From: an uncultured SAR86 cluster bacterium
GTDB taxonomy: Bacteria; Pseudomonadota; Gammaproteobacteria; Magnimaribacterales; AG-339-G14
Length of the DNA: 64,000 bases
Reading direction: 5' to 3'
Assembly: GCA_902523885.1 (NCBI GenBank)
Contig: CABZAV010000001.1
Coordinates: forward strand, 114,208-178,207
Below, in pieces: positions 19,673 to 30,370 of this stretch. A program made the position numbers and the translations under genes. Below the pieces are notes generated by a model. The model was not told the origin of the DNA. It did not search any database and saw nothing but the letters and a program-made list of their open reading frames with translations. Within the stretch, counting starts at the first letter, position 1, and each line of letters starts with the position of its first letter.

Positions 19673-22063
19673 TTAAACAACAAAATTGATAAGTTTTTTT
19701 TCTATGAAAATAGTTTTTTTAATTTTTTTATCAATGATAAATCTTTTAACATTTTCTAATTCCTTGGAAAGCATAATAATTTCTTTTTCAGATTTCTCTT
19801 CGTCTAATTCTAATGACCCTCTCAATTTCCCATTTACTTGAATAATTAATTTATAAGTCTTTTCCTCCAACAAATTAGAATCAAAAGTAGGCCATGCTTC
19901 ACTATAAATTTCTCTTCCATTTTGTAAAACATTCCAAAGTTCATGTGTTATGTGAGGACTTATTGGGCTTAGCATTAGAAGAGATGAATCTATTATTTTT
20001 TTAAATAGTTTTCTTTCTTCCTCAGGAATTTCACTTTTTTGCAATTCTTTTGGTACTGCATTCATTAGTTCCATTATTGCTGCTATAGCTGTATTAAATG
20101 AATTTCTTCGTTCGAAATCATCCGATACCTTTTTTATAGTTTGATTTAATTTTATTTCTAACGGTTTTAAGTCTAGTGAAGAATTTAGGGCAAGACTTTT
20201 TTGGTTTTTTAGAATAGATGCAAGTTTCCATAACTTGTTTAAAAATTTAAATGATCCTTTTACTCCATCATTAGACCATTCTAAGGATTGCTCAGGCGGA
20301 GAAGCAAACATTGAGAAAAGTCTTACTGTATCGGCACCGTAACGATCAATAAGCTCTTGAGGATTTACAGTATTACCTTGAGATTTTGACATTTTATTTC
20401 CATCCTTAAGGACCATGCCTTGACACAATAGCTTATGGAAAGGTTCTCTAAATTTTACTAGACCCAAATCATTCAAAGCCTTAGAAAAAAATCTTGAATA
20501 TAATAAATGCAAAATAGCATGTTCTATTCCTCCGATGTATTGATCTACTGGTAACCAATAATCAACTTCTTCATCAAAAATTTTTTCTGAAGATTTGTGA
20601 GATGCAAATTTTGCAAAATACCACGAAGATTCAAGGAAAGTATCGAATGTATCAGTTTCTTTAATATATTCATTTCCATTTTTTACTAAAACCTCAGAGT
20701 TTATTTCTTCTTGATTTAGATCCGAAAATGGGATGACATCAGCGGAGTCTTTCTTATTTATCATCATTGGAATAGGTGCGCCCCATTTCCTTTGTCTTGA
20801 AACTCCCCAATTTTTAAGTCGGTAATTTACCTTTTTAGATCCAAAATTATTATCTTTGGCCAGCTTTAAAATCTTTTCAAAAGCTTTTTCAAAATCAAGG
20901 CCATCAAGTTCATTTCCTGAGTTAATAAGTAAACCTTTTTCTATAAGAGCTTTATCAAGTTCAAGTGCTCCTTCACCTGTGTCAATGACCTGCTTTATTT
21001 CAATATTATATTTTTTGGCAAATTCAAAATCTCTCTGATCGTGACCTGGAACAGCCATTAATGCACCAGATCCATAATCCATCAAAACAAAGTTAGCAAC
21101 CCAGACTTCTATTTCTTCTTTTGAAATGGGGTGTTTAGCTTTGATATTTAATTTAAATCCTTTTTTGTCTTCAGATATCCTCTCTGCTTCAGATGTAACT
21201 CCCTTAGAATTATTCTTTAACCATTCTTCAAGATTTTTATCCTCTTTAGCTAAATTGGTAACAATAGGATGCGCAAGAGAAAGCGCAAGAAAAGAAACTC
21301 CCATGATGGTATCTGGTCGAGTCGTAAAAACCTCAATATGTTCTTTATTTGACAGACTAAATTTGAATTCCATCCCGATCGATTTACCAATCCAATTTTT
21401 TTGCATTGTTTTTACTTGCTCAGGCCAATCTTTTAAAGAGTCAAGTTCAGAGAGAAGTTCTTCTGCATAGTCGGTTATTTTAAAAGCCCACTGATCTATA
21501 GTTTTTTTTTCAACATCTGCTCCTGATCTCCAGCCTTTACCATCAATTACTTGTTCATTTGCCAAAACCGTTTGGTCTACTGGATCCCAATTTACTTCTG
21601 TTTTTTCTCTTATAACTAATCCTTTTTTATACATTTCGCAGAAAAGCCACTGCTCCCACTTGTAATATTCCTCGTCGCAAGTTTTTAGTTCTCTTCGCCA
21701 ATCATAGGCAAATCCTAAAGAAGAGAGCTGTCTTTTCATAAATTGGATATTGTCCTCAGTCCATTTTTTTGGTGAGACATTATTTTGAATAGCGGCATTC
21801 TCTGCTGGAAGACCAAATGCGTCCCATCCCATAGGCTGCATAACATTCATACCTTTCATTCTCTGATATCTAGAAATTACGTCTCCGATTGTGTAATTTC
21901 TTACATGCCCCATGTGCAATTCTCCTGAGGGGTAAGGAAACATACTTAAACAGTAATATTTTTCTTTTTTATTATCAGGATTAACTTCAAAAGATTTATT
22001 TTTTTCCCAGTAAGCTTGAGCTTTTTTTTCTAAATCAGCAGGATTATAGGAATCTTCTTTCAT
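19673..22063 (-). CDS. leuS: Leucine--tRNA ligase
   Basis: MFPYPSG.LHMGH, GWDAFGLPAENAA, CP1 editing motifs FTTRPDT and GHDQRD, and KMSKS. Confidence 0.98.
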   Translation of the reverse strand: MKEDSYNPADLEKKAQAYWEKNKSFEVNPDNKKEKYYCLSMFPYPSGELHMGHVRNYTIGDVISRYQRMKGMNVMQPMGWDAFGLPAENAAIQNNVSPKKWTEDNIQFMKRQLSSLGFAYDWRRELKTCDEEYYKWEQWLFCEMYKKGLVIREKTEVNWDPVDQTVLANEQVIDGKGWRSGADVEKKTIDQWAFKITDYAEELLSELDSLKDWPEQVKTMQKNWIGKSIGMEFKFSLSNKEHIEVFTTRPDTIMGVSFLALSLAHPIVTNLAKEDKNLEEWLKNNSKGVTSEAERISEDKKGFKLNIKAKHPISKEEIEVWVANFVLMDYGSGALMAVPGHDQRDFEFAKKYNIEIKQVIDTGEGALELDKALIEKGLLINSGNELDGLDFEKAFEKILKLAKDNNFGSKKVNYRLKNWGVSRQRKWGAPIPMMINKKDSADVIPFSDLNQEEINSEVLVKNGNEYIKETDTFDTFLESSWYFAKFASHKSSEKIFDEEVDYWLPVDQYIGGIEHAILHLLYSRFFSKALNDLGLVKFREPFHKLLCQGMVLKDGNKMSKSQGNTVNPQELIDRYGADTVRLFSMFASPPEQSLEWSNDGVKGSFKFLNKLWKLASILKNQKSLALNSSLDLKPLEIKLNQTIKKVSDDFERRNSFNTAIAAIMELMNAVPKELQKSEIPEEERKLFKKIIDSSLLMLSPISPHITHELWNVLQNGREIYSEAWPTFDSNLLEEKTYKLIIQVNGKLRGSLELDEEKSEKEIIMLSKELENVKRFIIDKKIKKTIFIEKKLINFVV

Positions 22064-23403
22064 TAATTTATATCTAAAACTTTTTCTAAGTAGTTTATAG
22101 ATATATTTGCTTTTCTAAAGTTCTCTTCGCTTAAAATAATTTCTTGTAGTTCTTTGTTCGTATCTATTCCTTCAACAAAAAATTCTTCTAAAGCAAAGGA
22201 CATTCGACACAAAGCTTCTTCTCTGTCTTTACCCTGTGTACAAATTTTTGCTATCAAAGCATCATAATAAGGAGAAATAATGCATCCGTCATAAACGTGA
22301 GAATCGACTCTCACTCCAATACCCCCTGGCTTACCCCATTCTGTTATCTTTCCTGGAGACGGAATAAATGTTTTTGGATGTTCAGCATTTATTCGACACT
22401 GAATTGCATGACCACGAACACTAATTTCTTCTTGTTTTATTTCAAGTTCTTCACCTGCTGCTATTCCAATTTGAAGCTTAACTAGATCATAATCGGTAAT
22501 CATTTCCGAAACAGTATGTTCAACCTGTAATCTAGTATTCATTTCTATGAAATAAAATTCTTCATCTTTGTATAAAAACTCAAAAGTTCCAGCACCTTTG
22601 TATTTCATTTTTTTACAGCATTCAGTACACAATTTAAATAATTCTTGTTTTTTTTCTTCAGGAATATTTAAAGCTGGAGCTTCTTCAACAATTTTTTGAT
22701 TTTTCCTTTGAATCGAACAATCCCTTTCATAAAAATGAAGTGCATTTCCAAAATTATCTGCTAAAACTTGGACCTCAATATGTCGAGGGCTATCAAGAAA
22801 TTTCTCTAAATATATTTCATCGCTTCCAAAACTGTTTAAAGCCTCTTGCTGAGTCAATTTCATTTTTGGAATTAAATCCTTTTCTTCATAGACTATTGAG
22901 ATTCCTCTTCCTCCGCCTCCAGCCGCTGCTTTTATCATTATTGGATAACCAATTTCTTTAGCTTTTGACAAAGTTTCCCTGTTGGTAGCCGAAACCCTCC
23001 CGCTTCCTGGTACGCACTGTAAACCAGCATCAACAGCCATCTCTTTTGCTGAAATTTTATTACCCATAATTCTTATAGATTCTGGATCTGGACCGATGAA
23101 CGTGTAGCCACTTGCTATTACTTGTTCAGCAAAATGATCATTCTCCGCTAAAAAGCCTACCCCTGGATGAATAGCCTCAGCATTAGTTAATTCACATGCA
23201 CTTATAATTGCAGGAATATTCAAATAACTTTTTGATGACTCAGGAGGACCAATGCATACAGCCTCATCAGCCATTTTTACATGTTTTAAATCTTTGTCAG
23301 CCTCTGAATATATTGCAACCGTGCCGATACCCATTTCTTTGCATGCTTTAAGAACTCTAAGAGCAATCTCACCTCTATTGGCGATTAAAATTTTTGAGAA
23401 CAT
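22063..23403 (-). CDS. accC: Acetyl-CoA carboxylase biotin carboxylase subunit
   Basis: ILIANRGEIA, KAAAGGGGRG, RDCSIQR and EMNTRLQVEH motifs. Confidence 0.97.
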   Translation of the reverse strand: MFSKILIANRGEIALRVLKACKEMGIGTVAIYSEADKDLKHVKMADEAVCIGPPESSKSYLNIPAIISACELTNAEAIHPGVGFLAENDHFAEQVIASGYTFIGPDPESIRIMGNKISAKEMAVDAGLQCVPGSGRVSATNRETLSKAKEIGYPIMIKAAAGGGGRGISIVYEEKDLIPKMKLTQQEALNSFGSDEIYLEKFLDSPRHIEVQVLADNFGNALHFYERDCSIQRKNQKIVEEAPALNIPEEKKQELFKLCTECCKKMKYKGAGTFEFLYKDEEFYFIEMNTRLQVEHTVSEMITDYDLVKLQIGIAAGEELEIKQEEISVRGHAIQCRINAEHPKTFIPSPGKITEWGKPGGIGVRVDSHVYDGCIISPYYDALIAKICTQGKDREEALCRMSFALEEFFVEGIDTNKELQEIILSEENFRKANISINYLEKVLDIN

Positions 23404-23865
23404 TTATTCTTCTATTACAAAAAGAGCTTCCCCATATTCAACTGGCTCAGCATCAGAAATTAAGATTTCTTTGATTATTCCGTTGTAATCTGATTTAACC
23501 TCATTCATCATTTTCATAGCTTCGATGATGCATAACACATCACCTTCAGAAACTTTATCTCCGACTTTAACAAACGGCTCAGCTCCAGGATTAGGAGAGC
23601 TATAAAAAGTTCCAACCATAGGAGAATTTATACTTTTTCCGTCTATGACTTTGGTCTCGGCTGTTTCAGAAGTCTCTTTTTTAGTTTCTGTCTCTGAAGA
23701 AGGAGATTCCATTACTTGAGGTGAGGGAGTAATCTTTTGGGGGGCTTGAAAAGATCCTGCAGATTTAACCAATTTAACCGATTCTTCACCTTCTTTAATT
23801 ACAATTTCATTCAAAGAAGAATTTTCTAGCATTTCAATTAATTTTTTTACTTTTCTAATATCCAT
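23404..23865 (-). CDS. accB: Biotin carboxyl carrier protein
   Basis: MDIRKVKKLIE, SPMVGTFY and EAMKMMNE (biotin lysine). Confidence 0.97.
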   Translation of the reverse strand: MDIRKVKKLIEMLENSSLNEIVIKEGEESVKLVKSAGSFQAPQKITPSPQVMESPSSETETKKETSETAETKVIDGKSINSPMVGTFYSSPNPGAEPFVKVGDKVSEGDVLCIIEAMKMMNEVKSDYNGIIKEILISDAEPVEYGEALFVIEE

Positions 23866-23873
23866 AATAACTC

Positions 23874-24308
23874 CTAGGTTTTTTCCATTGCCAAATTTAA
23901 GGCTGCCTCGTACCCTTTATCTCCAAATCCAGAAATAATTCCTAACGCAATATCAGAAAAGTAAGATTTTTCTCTAAAACTTTCTCTGCCGTATATATTA
24001 CTTATGTGAATTTCAATCATAGGAATGTCCACGCCTAAAATTGCATCTCTCAATGCAACACTTGTGTGCGTAAAGGCTCCAGGATTAAATAATATACAAG
24101 AGACTTTATTTTTTTTTGCGTCTTGAATTGCATTTACTAATTCGTGTTCAGCATTGCTTTGAAAACATGAAAGATTGATAGAATTGTTTTTAGCTATTTC
24201 TAGAAGATTTGACTCAATTTCCTCTAAAGTAAGTGAACCATAGATTTCTTTTTCTCTAGTGCCTAAGAGATTTAAGTTAGGCCCATTTAGTAAAAGAATG
24301 CTTTTCAT
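23874..24308 (-). CDS. aroQ: Type II 3-dehydroquinate dehydratase
   Basis: [31 protein letters not shown] and EIHISN motifs. Confidence 0.97.
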   Translation of the reverse strand: MKSILLLNGPNLNLLGTREKEIYGSLTLEEIESNLLEIAKNNSINLSCFQSNAEHELVNAIQDAKKNKVSCILFNPGAFTHTSVALRDAILGVDIPMIEIHISNIYGRESFREKSYFSDIALGIISGFGDKGYEAALNLAMEKT

Positions 24309-24344
24309 AGAATTTTAAAGAATTTGACGAATTTTAATGATTTT

Positions 24345-24791
24345 TTAAAGAAATTCAAAGAAAATATTTGATTTATTATCCTTTTTGATTTTAATGTTTT
24401 TTGAAATTTTTGGGTAACAAATAATATTTTCTAAACATCCTTGGTAAGTAAGTGTCAAGGATTTGTTGGTATATTTATCTAAGTTTCTTACCAATAAGTC
24501 CAAATTATTCCTATATATTAAGCTTTCTCCTAGAAATTCATCTTCAATTTTTAATAGTTTCCCAATACTCTCATAGGAGATATCGTTTTGGCCATCTTTT
24601 AAAGACAATTGTTCTGAGTATATATAAGATTTTTTATTTATTAATATGGAAATAATAAGATCGTCTTCATATTCTCTTGATGAAAGTTTGAATGAATCTT
24701 CAGAGGACAATATTTCAGAAGAAAAAAAATTTTCCGATGAAGAGTGAATATTCAGGGTTAAGAATAAAAAAGGAATGAGTATTTTTTTCAT
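24345..24791 (-). CDS. Stand-alone DsbD N-terminal (alpha) domain protein
   Basis: Signal peptide, YIY, DEFLGES.IY and YQGCLENIICYP (CX5C, as in DsbD-alpha). It sits in the dsbD position upstream of aroQ but has no TM or thioredoxin domain. Confidence 0.8.
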   Translation of the reverse strand: MKKILIPFLFLTLNIHSSSENFFSSEILSSEDSFKLSSREYEDDLIISILINKKSYIYSEQLSLKDGQNDISYESIGKLLKIEDEFLGESLIYRNNLDLLVRNLDKYTNKSLTLTYQGCLENIICYPKISKNIKIKKDNKSNIFFEFL

Positions 24792-24887
24792 TGGAATATA
24801 ACTTTTCTTTAAATTGATTGTCTAACAGTCTACTCAACTAAATATTCTGATGATAAAGTCTCAAAATAACAATCTATTCTTTTAATA

Positions 24888-26552
24888 ATGTCAAAAAAAC
24901 GGAAATATTCTTCCTCTTTAGTTGATGGTCCGCTTCAAGCAACATCTAGGTCAATGCTGAGGGCAACAGGATTTAGCGATGATGATTTTTCTAAACCGCA
25001 AGTTGGCGTAGCTTCAACTTGGTCAATGGTTACGCCTTGCAATATGCATATTAATGATTTGGCCTCGCTAATATGTAACTCTATTGATGATGAAAATTTG
25101 AAATCTGTGCTTTTTAATACAATCACGATCTCTGATGGAATATCAATGGGAACATTAGGAATGAGATATTCTTTAGTTTCAAGAGAAGTAATAGCTGATT
25201 CAATCGAAACGGTTGTTGAATGCCAGTCATTTGATGGAGTTGTTGCAATAGGTGGATGCGATAAAAATATGCCAGGTTGTCTGATAGGACTTGCAAGATT
25301 AAACAGACCTTCCATCTTTGTTTACGGTGGCTCAATCAGACCAGGTAAAAATCATACTGACTTAGTAACGGTCATGGAAGGTATTGGAAGTTATAGTAGT
25401 AATAAGATTTCAGAAAAAGAATTAATTGCAATTGAAAAAACCGCACTACCTGGCCCTGGTTCTTGTGGAGGTATGTATACAGCAAATACTATGGCATCTG
25501 CAATAGAGGCTTTAGGCATGAGCTTGCCTGGAAGTAGCTCTCAAGATGCTATTTCAAAAGAAAAAAAACTAGATTGTAAAAGTATTGGAAAAGCTATCGA
25601 CAATCTCTTAGAAAAAGACATAAAACCATCAGACATAATGACGCGCAAAGCATTCGAAAATGCTATCAGAGTAATTATTGCGCTTGGCGGATCTACAAAT
25701 GCAGTTTTGCATTTAATTGCAATGGCTAAAAGTATTAATGTTGAGTTAGATATTGATGATTTTGAAAAAATAGGGAAAAAAAGTCCGCTGCTGGCAGATC
25801 TTAGACCATCAGGACATTATTTAATGTCTGAATTAAATGAAATAGGAGGTATTCAGCCATTAATGAAAACTCTTTTGGATGCGGATTTATTACATGGAGA
25901 TTGTCTTACAGTTACTGGTAAAACTATTTCTGAGAATCTTAAAGATGTTGAACCATACCCTGAAAATCAAAAAATAATCTCGTCTTTGGATAAACCTATA
26001 AAAAAAGATAGCCACTTGAAAATTTTAAAAGGAAATTTAGCAGAAGAAGGTGCAGTAGCTAAAATAACAGGTAAAGAAGGATTGAGATTTATTGGAAAAG
26101 CAAAAGTTTTCAATTCAGAAGAAGAAACTTTAGATGCAATTTATGGGTCTGAAATTAAGTCGGGAGATGTAATTGTTGTTAGATACGAAGGCCCAGTAGG
26201 AGGACCTGGAATGCGAGAAATGTTAAAGCCTACTTCAGCTATTATGGGACAGGGATTAGGCGATAAGGTTGCTTTTTTAACTGATGGTAGATTTTCCGGC
26301 GGTTCTCATGGGTTCGTTGTTGGTCATATCACTCCTGAAGCTGCAACTGGAGGTTTAATAGGTTTGTTAGAAAACGGAGATGAGGTGACAATTGATGCAG
26401 TAAAAGGAACTATTGATGCAAAATTAACTGAAGATGAAATTACCTTGAGGAAGAAAAATTGGATCAATCCAAAACCAATCCCGAGCAAAGGAGTTCTTTC
26501 AAAGTATGCAAGAAGCGTTAAATCAGCTTCTGAAGGAGCAGTAACTGATTAA
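24888..26552 (+). CDS. ilvD: Dihydroxy-acid dehydratase
   Basis: [39 protein letters not shown] and TDGRFSGG motifs. Confidence 0.97.
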   Translation: MSKKRKYSSSLVDGPLQATSRSMLRATGFSDDDFSKPQVGVASTWSMVTPCNMHINDLASLICNSIDDENLKSVLFNTITISDGISMGTLGMRYSLVSREVIADSIETVVECQSFDGVVAIGGCDKNMPGCLIGLARLNRPSIFVYGGSIRPGKNHTDLVTVMEGIGSYSSNKISEKELIAIEKTALPGPGSCGGMYTANTMASAIEALGMSLPGSSSQDAISKEKKLDCKSIGKAIDNLLEKDIKPSDIMTRKAFENAIRVIIALGGSTNAVLHLIAMAKSINVELDIDDFEKIGKKSPLLADLRPSGHYLMSELNEIGGIQPLMKTLLDADLLHGDCLTVTGKTISENLKDVEPYPENQKIISSLDKPIKKDSHLKILKGNLAEEGAVAKITGKEGLRFIGKAKVFNSEEETLDAIYGSEIKSGDVIVVRYEGPVGGPGMREMLKPTSAIMGQGLGDKVAFLTDGRFSGGSHGFVVGHITPEAATGGLIGLLENGDEVTIDAVKGTIDAKLTEDEITLRKKNWINPKPIPSKGVLSKYARSVKSASEGAVTD

Positions 26553-26562
26553 TCAATTAAAC

Positions 26563-26590
26563 TTGTAAAAAAAAATTACTGCCTCATAAT
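26563..26590 (+). promoter_or_regulatory. Sigma70-like promoter for trxA, probably giving a leaderless transcript
   Basis: TTGTAA-16 nt-CATAAT, ending 6 nt before the ATG; no SD sequence. Confidence 0.55.
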
Positions 26591-26596
26591 ATTTCT

Positions 26597-26920
26597 ATGT
26601 CTAAAACAATTGAGCTTACAGACGATAATTTTGAACATGAAATCTCTAATACAGAGGTTCCCATATTAGTTGATTATTGGGCCGAATGGTGCGGACCTTG
26701 CAAAATGGTTGCTCCAATACTGGAAGAGGTAGCTCAAGATTTAGATGGGAAACTACTTATAGGTAAAGTTGACGTTGATCAAAATAAAGATTCTGCTTTA
26801 AAACAAAAAGTAATGAGCATTCCTACATTAGTTTTATTTAAAAACGGGGAGCCTGTTGATCAAAGGATAGGCGCATTAACGAAAACACAATTAGAGGATT
26901 TTTTAAGCCAACATATTTAA
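26597..26920 (+). CDS. trxA: Thioredoxin
   Basis: WAEWCGPCK and SIPTL motifs; trxA-rho synteny. Confidence 0.97.
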   Translation: MSKTIELTDDNFEHEISNTEVPILVDYWAEWCGPCKMVAPILEEVAQDLDGKLLIGKVDVDQNKDSALKQKVMSIPTLVLFKNGEPVDQRIGALTKTQLEDFLSQHI

Positions 26921-27017
26921 CTAGTTAAGCTAGACTAGTTTTTCAATAGATGTTTAAATACATTTCTTAGCTTACCGCTAACAATTTCCAGATTTCAATT
27001 TTATTAACATAAAAAGT

Positions 27018-28280
27018 ATGCATTTAGGCGAACTTAAAGCAAAACCCATAGACGAACTTCTCTCTATTGCAGGAGAGATGGGTATCGAAAATATTGCGAG
27101 ATCAAAAAAACAAGACGTAATTTTTAGTATCCTAAAAAAACACTCAAAGTCTGGTGAGGATATAGAAGGAGAAGGAGTGTTAGAGATTCTGAATGATGGG
27201 TTTGGATTTTTAAGGTCCCCAACTGGATCTTATGTTGCTGGACCAGACGATATTTATGTTTCTCCTAGTCAAATTAGACGTTTCGGTCTAAAAACTGGAG
27301 ATTCTATTTCTGGAAAGATCAGACCTCCAAAAGATGGTGAAAGATACTTTGCCCTTTTAAAAATAGATCTCATTAATTTTGAAGCAACAGACAAAACAAA
27401 AACAAAAATTGCTTTTGAAAATTTAACCCCATTATTTCCTGAAGAAAGAATTGTTATGGAATCCGGCAATGGAACTACAGAAGACCTATCTGCAAGAATT
27501 ATTGACTTAATTTCACCAACCGGAAAAGGACAAAGAGGACTTATTGTATCTCCACCTAAGGCAGGAAAAACTTTATTGCTTCAGAGTATCGCTCATTCAA
27601 TTGAAAAAAATAGCCCTGAAAGTACTTTAATGGTTTTACTTATCGATGAGAGACCTGAAGAAGTTACTGACATGATTAGAACGGTCAAAGGCGAAGTAAT
27701 AGCCAGTACTTTTGATGAGCCTCCTTCGAGACATGTCCAAGTTGCGGAAATGGCAATTGCTAAAGCAAAAAGATTAGTCGAGACAGGAAATGACGTAATA
27801 ATTTTATTAGATTCGATTACTCGTTTAGGAAGAGCATATAATTCCACGCAGGCTTCTTCTGGAAAAATATTAACTGGTGGAGTGGATGCAAATGCCCTTG
27901 AAAAGCCAAAAAGATTTTTTGGTGCTGCTAGAAACATTGAAGGCGGTGGCAGTTTAACGATCATAGCTACAGCACTTATAGATACTGGTTCTAGAATGGA
28001 TGAAGTTATTTATGAAGAATTTAAGGGAACCGGAAATCAAGAAATCCACTTAGATAGAGCTATTGCAGAAAAAAGAATTTTTCCCTCTATCAATATAAGA
28101 AGATCTGGAACTAGACGAGAAGAATTAATTACAGAAGAGGTCGACTTAGCTAGGATAAATATTTTGAGAAAACTTTTGCATGATATGGAAGATATTAATG
28201 CTACTGAATGGCTAATAGATAAGTTAAGAAAGCATAAAACTAATAATGAGTTTTTTGATTCTATGAAAAAATCAAAATAA
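27018..28280 (+). CDS. rho: Transcription termination factor Rho
   Basis: [33 protein letters not shown] and EEFKGTGN motifs. Confidence 0.98.
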   Translation: MHLGELKAKPIDELLSIAGEMGIENIARSKKQDVIFSILKKHSKSGEDIEGEGVLEILNDGFGFLRSPTGSYVAGPDDIYVSPSQIRRFGLKTGDSISGKIRPPKDGERYFALLKIDLINFEATDKTKTKIAFENLTPLFPEERIVMESGNGTTEDLSARIIDLISPTGKGQRGLIVSPPKAGKTLLLQSIAHSIEKNSPESTLMVLLIDERPEEVTDMIRTVKGEVIASTFDEPPSRHVQVAEMAIAKAKRLVETGNDVIILLDSITRLGRAYNSTQASSGKILTGGVDANALEKPKRFFGAARNIEGGGSLTIIATALIDTGSRMDEVIYEEFKGTGNQEIHLDRAIAEKRIFPSINIRRSGTRREELITEEVDLARINILRKLLHDMEDINATEWLIDKLRKHKTNNEFFDSMKKSK

Positions 28281-28838
28281 ATTTTTAATTAATCTGTAAG
28301 ATTTTCCGCCAAAACTCTTTTCTCTAATAATTTCTTGACCTTCAAAAAGAAAATCAATTTTTAAATTTTTTTCAGTTTCTAAATAGATAATTGTCTTTTT
28401 ATCTAAATAGTTATTTTTTTTTAAAAGTTTAAAAATTTTTTCTGCAAGACCATTTTTAAATGGAGGATCAACAAAGATAACGTCTATTTTTTCTCCGGAG
28501 TAGGGTTTTTTTAACCATTCTAAACAATCAACATTATGTAGTTCTATTCTTTGATCTATGTCAAATGATGTTAAATTTTCATTTAAATTTTTAAAAGTTT
28601 TAATATCTTTTTCAATAAAAAAAACTTTTTTGGAACCTCTAGATAAAGATTCTAAGCCCATGGCTCCAGTTCCTGAAAATAAATCTAAACAAGTAAAGTC
28701 AAAAAGATCTTGACCAAGCCAGTTGAAGATCATTTCTTTGGCTCTGTCGGGAGTGGGCCTCAAAGTAGAATCTAAATTAAAAAGTATTTTTTTCCCTTTC
28801 CATTTTCCTCCAATAATTCTTACTTTTCCTGTTTTCAT
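28272..28838 (-). CDS. rsmD: 16S rRNA (guanine966-N2)-methyltransferase
   Basis: [22 protein letters not shown] and DPPF motifs. Confidence 0.95.
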   Translation of the reverse strand: MKTGKVRIIGGKWKGKKILFNLDSTLRPTPDRAKEMIFNWLGQDLFDFTCLDLFSGTGAMGLESLSRGSKKVFFIEKDIKTFKNLNENLTSFDIDQRIELHNVDCLEWLKKPYSGEKIDVIFVDPPFKNGLAEKIFKLLKKNNYLDKKTIIYLETEKNLKIDFLFEGQEIIREKSFGGKSYRLIKNLF

Positions 28839-28896
28839 TTAATTAATTTAAGTAATTTATTCGTGACATAATAACTGATCTAATTTGTATGATTCC

Positions 28897-29352
28897 ATGG
28901 AAAAAGAATTTTTAGAAATATTGAGAACATTATCTCAAACCGTTTTTGTTTTATCTGCTGATAATGAAAAAGAAAGACATGCAATGACGGTTTCTTCTGT
29001 AGCATCTTTAAGTTTAAATCCACCATCAATGATGGTTGGGGTAAATAAAGATGCGTCAATAAATAATGTTTTACGAAAGGGCTCAAATTTTTGTTTAAAT
29101 CTTTTAAAAAACTCTCAAAGTAAAATTGCGGATACCTGCAGTGGAGTAGAAGAGGGTGAAGAGCGATTTAAAAATGATCCTTGGATTTCAAGTAATCCAG
29201 TTTTTTTAGACGAAGCGCAATCCAATATTTTTTGCAAAGTTGTAGAGATAATTCCTTTTTCAACTCACTCAATAGTTGTTGGAGAGGTTTTAAAATTAAA
29301 TCATTCCGGAAAAATGGAACCATTGATTTATCAGAACGGCGATTATATTTGA
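28897..29352 (+). CDS. Flavin reductase family protein (HpaC/RutF-like)
   Basis: AMTVSSVASLSLNPPS, THSIVVGEV and PLIYQNG motifs. Start is ATG 28897, or TTG 28885. Confidence 0.85.
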   Translation: MEKEFLEILRTLSQTVFVLSADNEKERHAMTVSSVASLSLNPPSMMVGVNKDASINNVLRKGSNFCLNLLKNSQSKIADTCSGVEEGEERFKNDPWISSNPVFLDEAQSNIFCKVVEIIPFSTHSIVVGEVLKLNHSGKMEPLIYQNGDYI

Positions 29353-29546
29353 CTGCATTCTTTCTTCATACAAGTCCATTTTCCTTCTATTTTTTTTGCC
29401 TTTGAAATCTCAATATAAGTTGAACAAATTGAACACTTAACTAAAGAATTGCTGGATTGATTGATATCAAGATCCTCATTTTTAAAGAAGTACGATATTG
29501 AAAGAATAATTAAAACAAATAGTGAAATTAGAATAAGGTTTAACAC
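29343..29546 (-). CDS. Small membrane-anchored Cys-motif protein (PP0621-like)
   Basis: N-terminal TM helix, then VKCSICSTYI...WTC; located downstream of bamD. Confidence 0.65.
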   Translation of the reverse strand: MLNLILISLFVLIILSISYFFKNEDLDINQSSNSLVKCSICSTYIEISKAKKIEGKWTCMKKECSQI

Positions 29547-29559
29547 TTTTTAAGTTTGT

Positions 29560-30330
29560 TTAACTTGGATTCAGATTTTTTTTAAACCTACTTAGGGCCT
29601 CCTCAACGTCTTTCTTCAAAACATCTTGTCCTAATTCTTCATAGGCAATGATCATTATTTCAAGCGCTCTCTTAACCTGAGGAGTTTTTGGCATATGTTT
29701 TAAAACATAATCGGCTCTTGTGAGAGCAGCAACGAAAGCTTTTCTTTCCAGATAAAACTCTGCAACGTAAATCTCTTGTTTAGCAATTAAATTTCTCAAA
29801 TAGATCATCCTCTGTTTGGCATTTCCTGCATATTCACTTTCTGGAAATCTAGTAATGAAGTCACTTAAGTCTTCAAATGACTCTTTGGCTTCTGAGAGCT
29901 CTCTTTTATGCGTCATTTCGCCTAAGAATGGGGCACTAGCAAATAAATCTTTATCATTATTAAACTTAGCAAGTCCTTTTATATAGTAAGCATAATCAAC
30001 GTTGGGGTGTCTTGGGTGCAAGCTTATAAATCTTTCAGCTGCCAATATGGCTTGGTCATAATTTACGCTTTTGTAATAGGCATAAACAAGCTCAATTTGT
30101 GCTTGTTCCGCATATTTACCAAAAGGAAATCTCTTTTCAAGAGTTTCTAGGGTCAATATTGCTGAAATAAAATTGTTAGTTTTTAATCTTCTCTGAGCTT
30201 GGTCATAAAGTTTTTTCTCAGCAATATCCTTTGTTATAACTTCCTGATCGGAAGCACAGCTTATGAAAAAAACTGGAATTAGCAGAGCAAGAGAAAGAAC
30301 TAAAATATTTAGTTTTTTAAAATGTTTCAT
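29560..30330 (-). CDS. bamD: Outer membrane protein assembly factor BamD
   Basis: Lipobox FISC, FPFGKYAEQAQ, HPRHPNVDYAYY TPR motifs; divergent from rluD. Confidence 0.96.
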   Translation of the reverse strand: MKHFKKLNILVLSLALLIPVFFISCASDQEVITKDIAEKKLYDQAQRRLKTNNFISAILTLETLEKRFPFGKYAEQAQIELVYAYYKSVNYDQAILAAERFISLHPRHPNVDYAYYIKGLAKFNNDKDLFASAPFLGEMTHKRELSEAKESFEDLSDFITRFPESEYAGNAKQRMIYLRNLIAKQEIYVAEFYLERKAFVAALTRADYVLKHMPKTPQVKRALEIMIIAYEELGQDVLKKDVEEALSRFKKNLNPS

Positions 30331-30370
30331 AAATATAGATTATCCTATGTAAGAGATTATATATTTGAAA

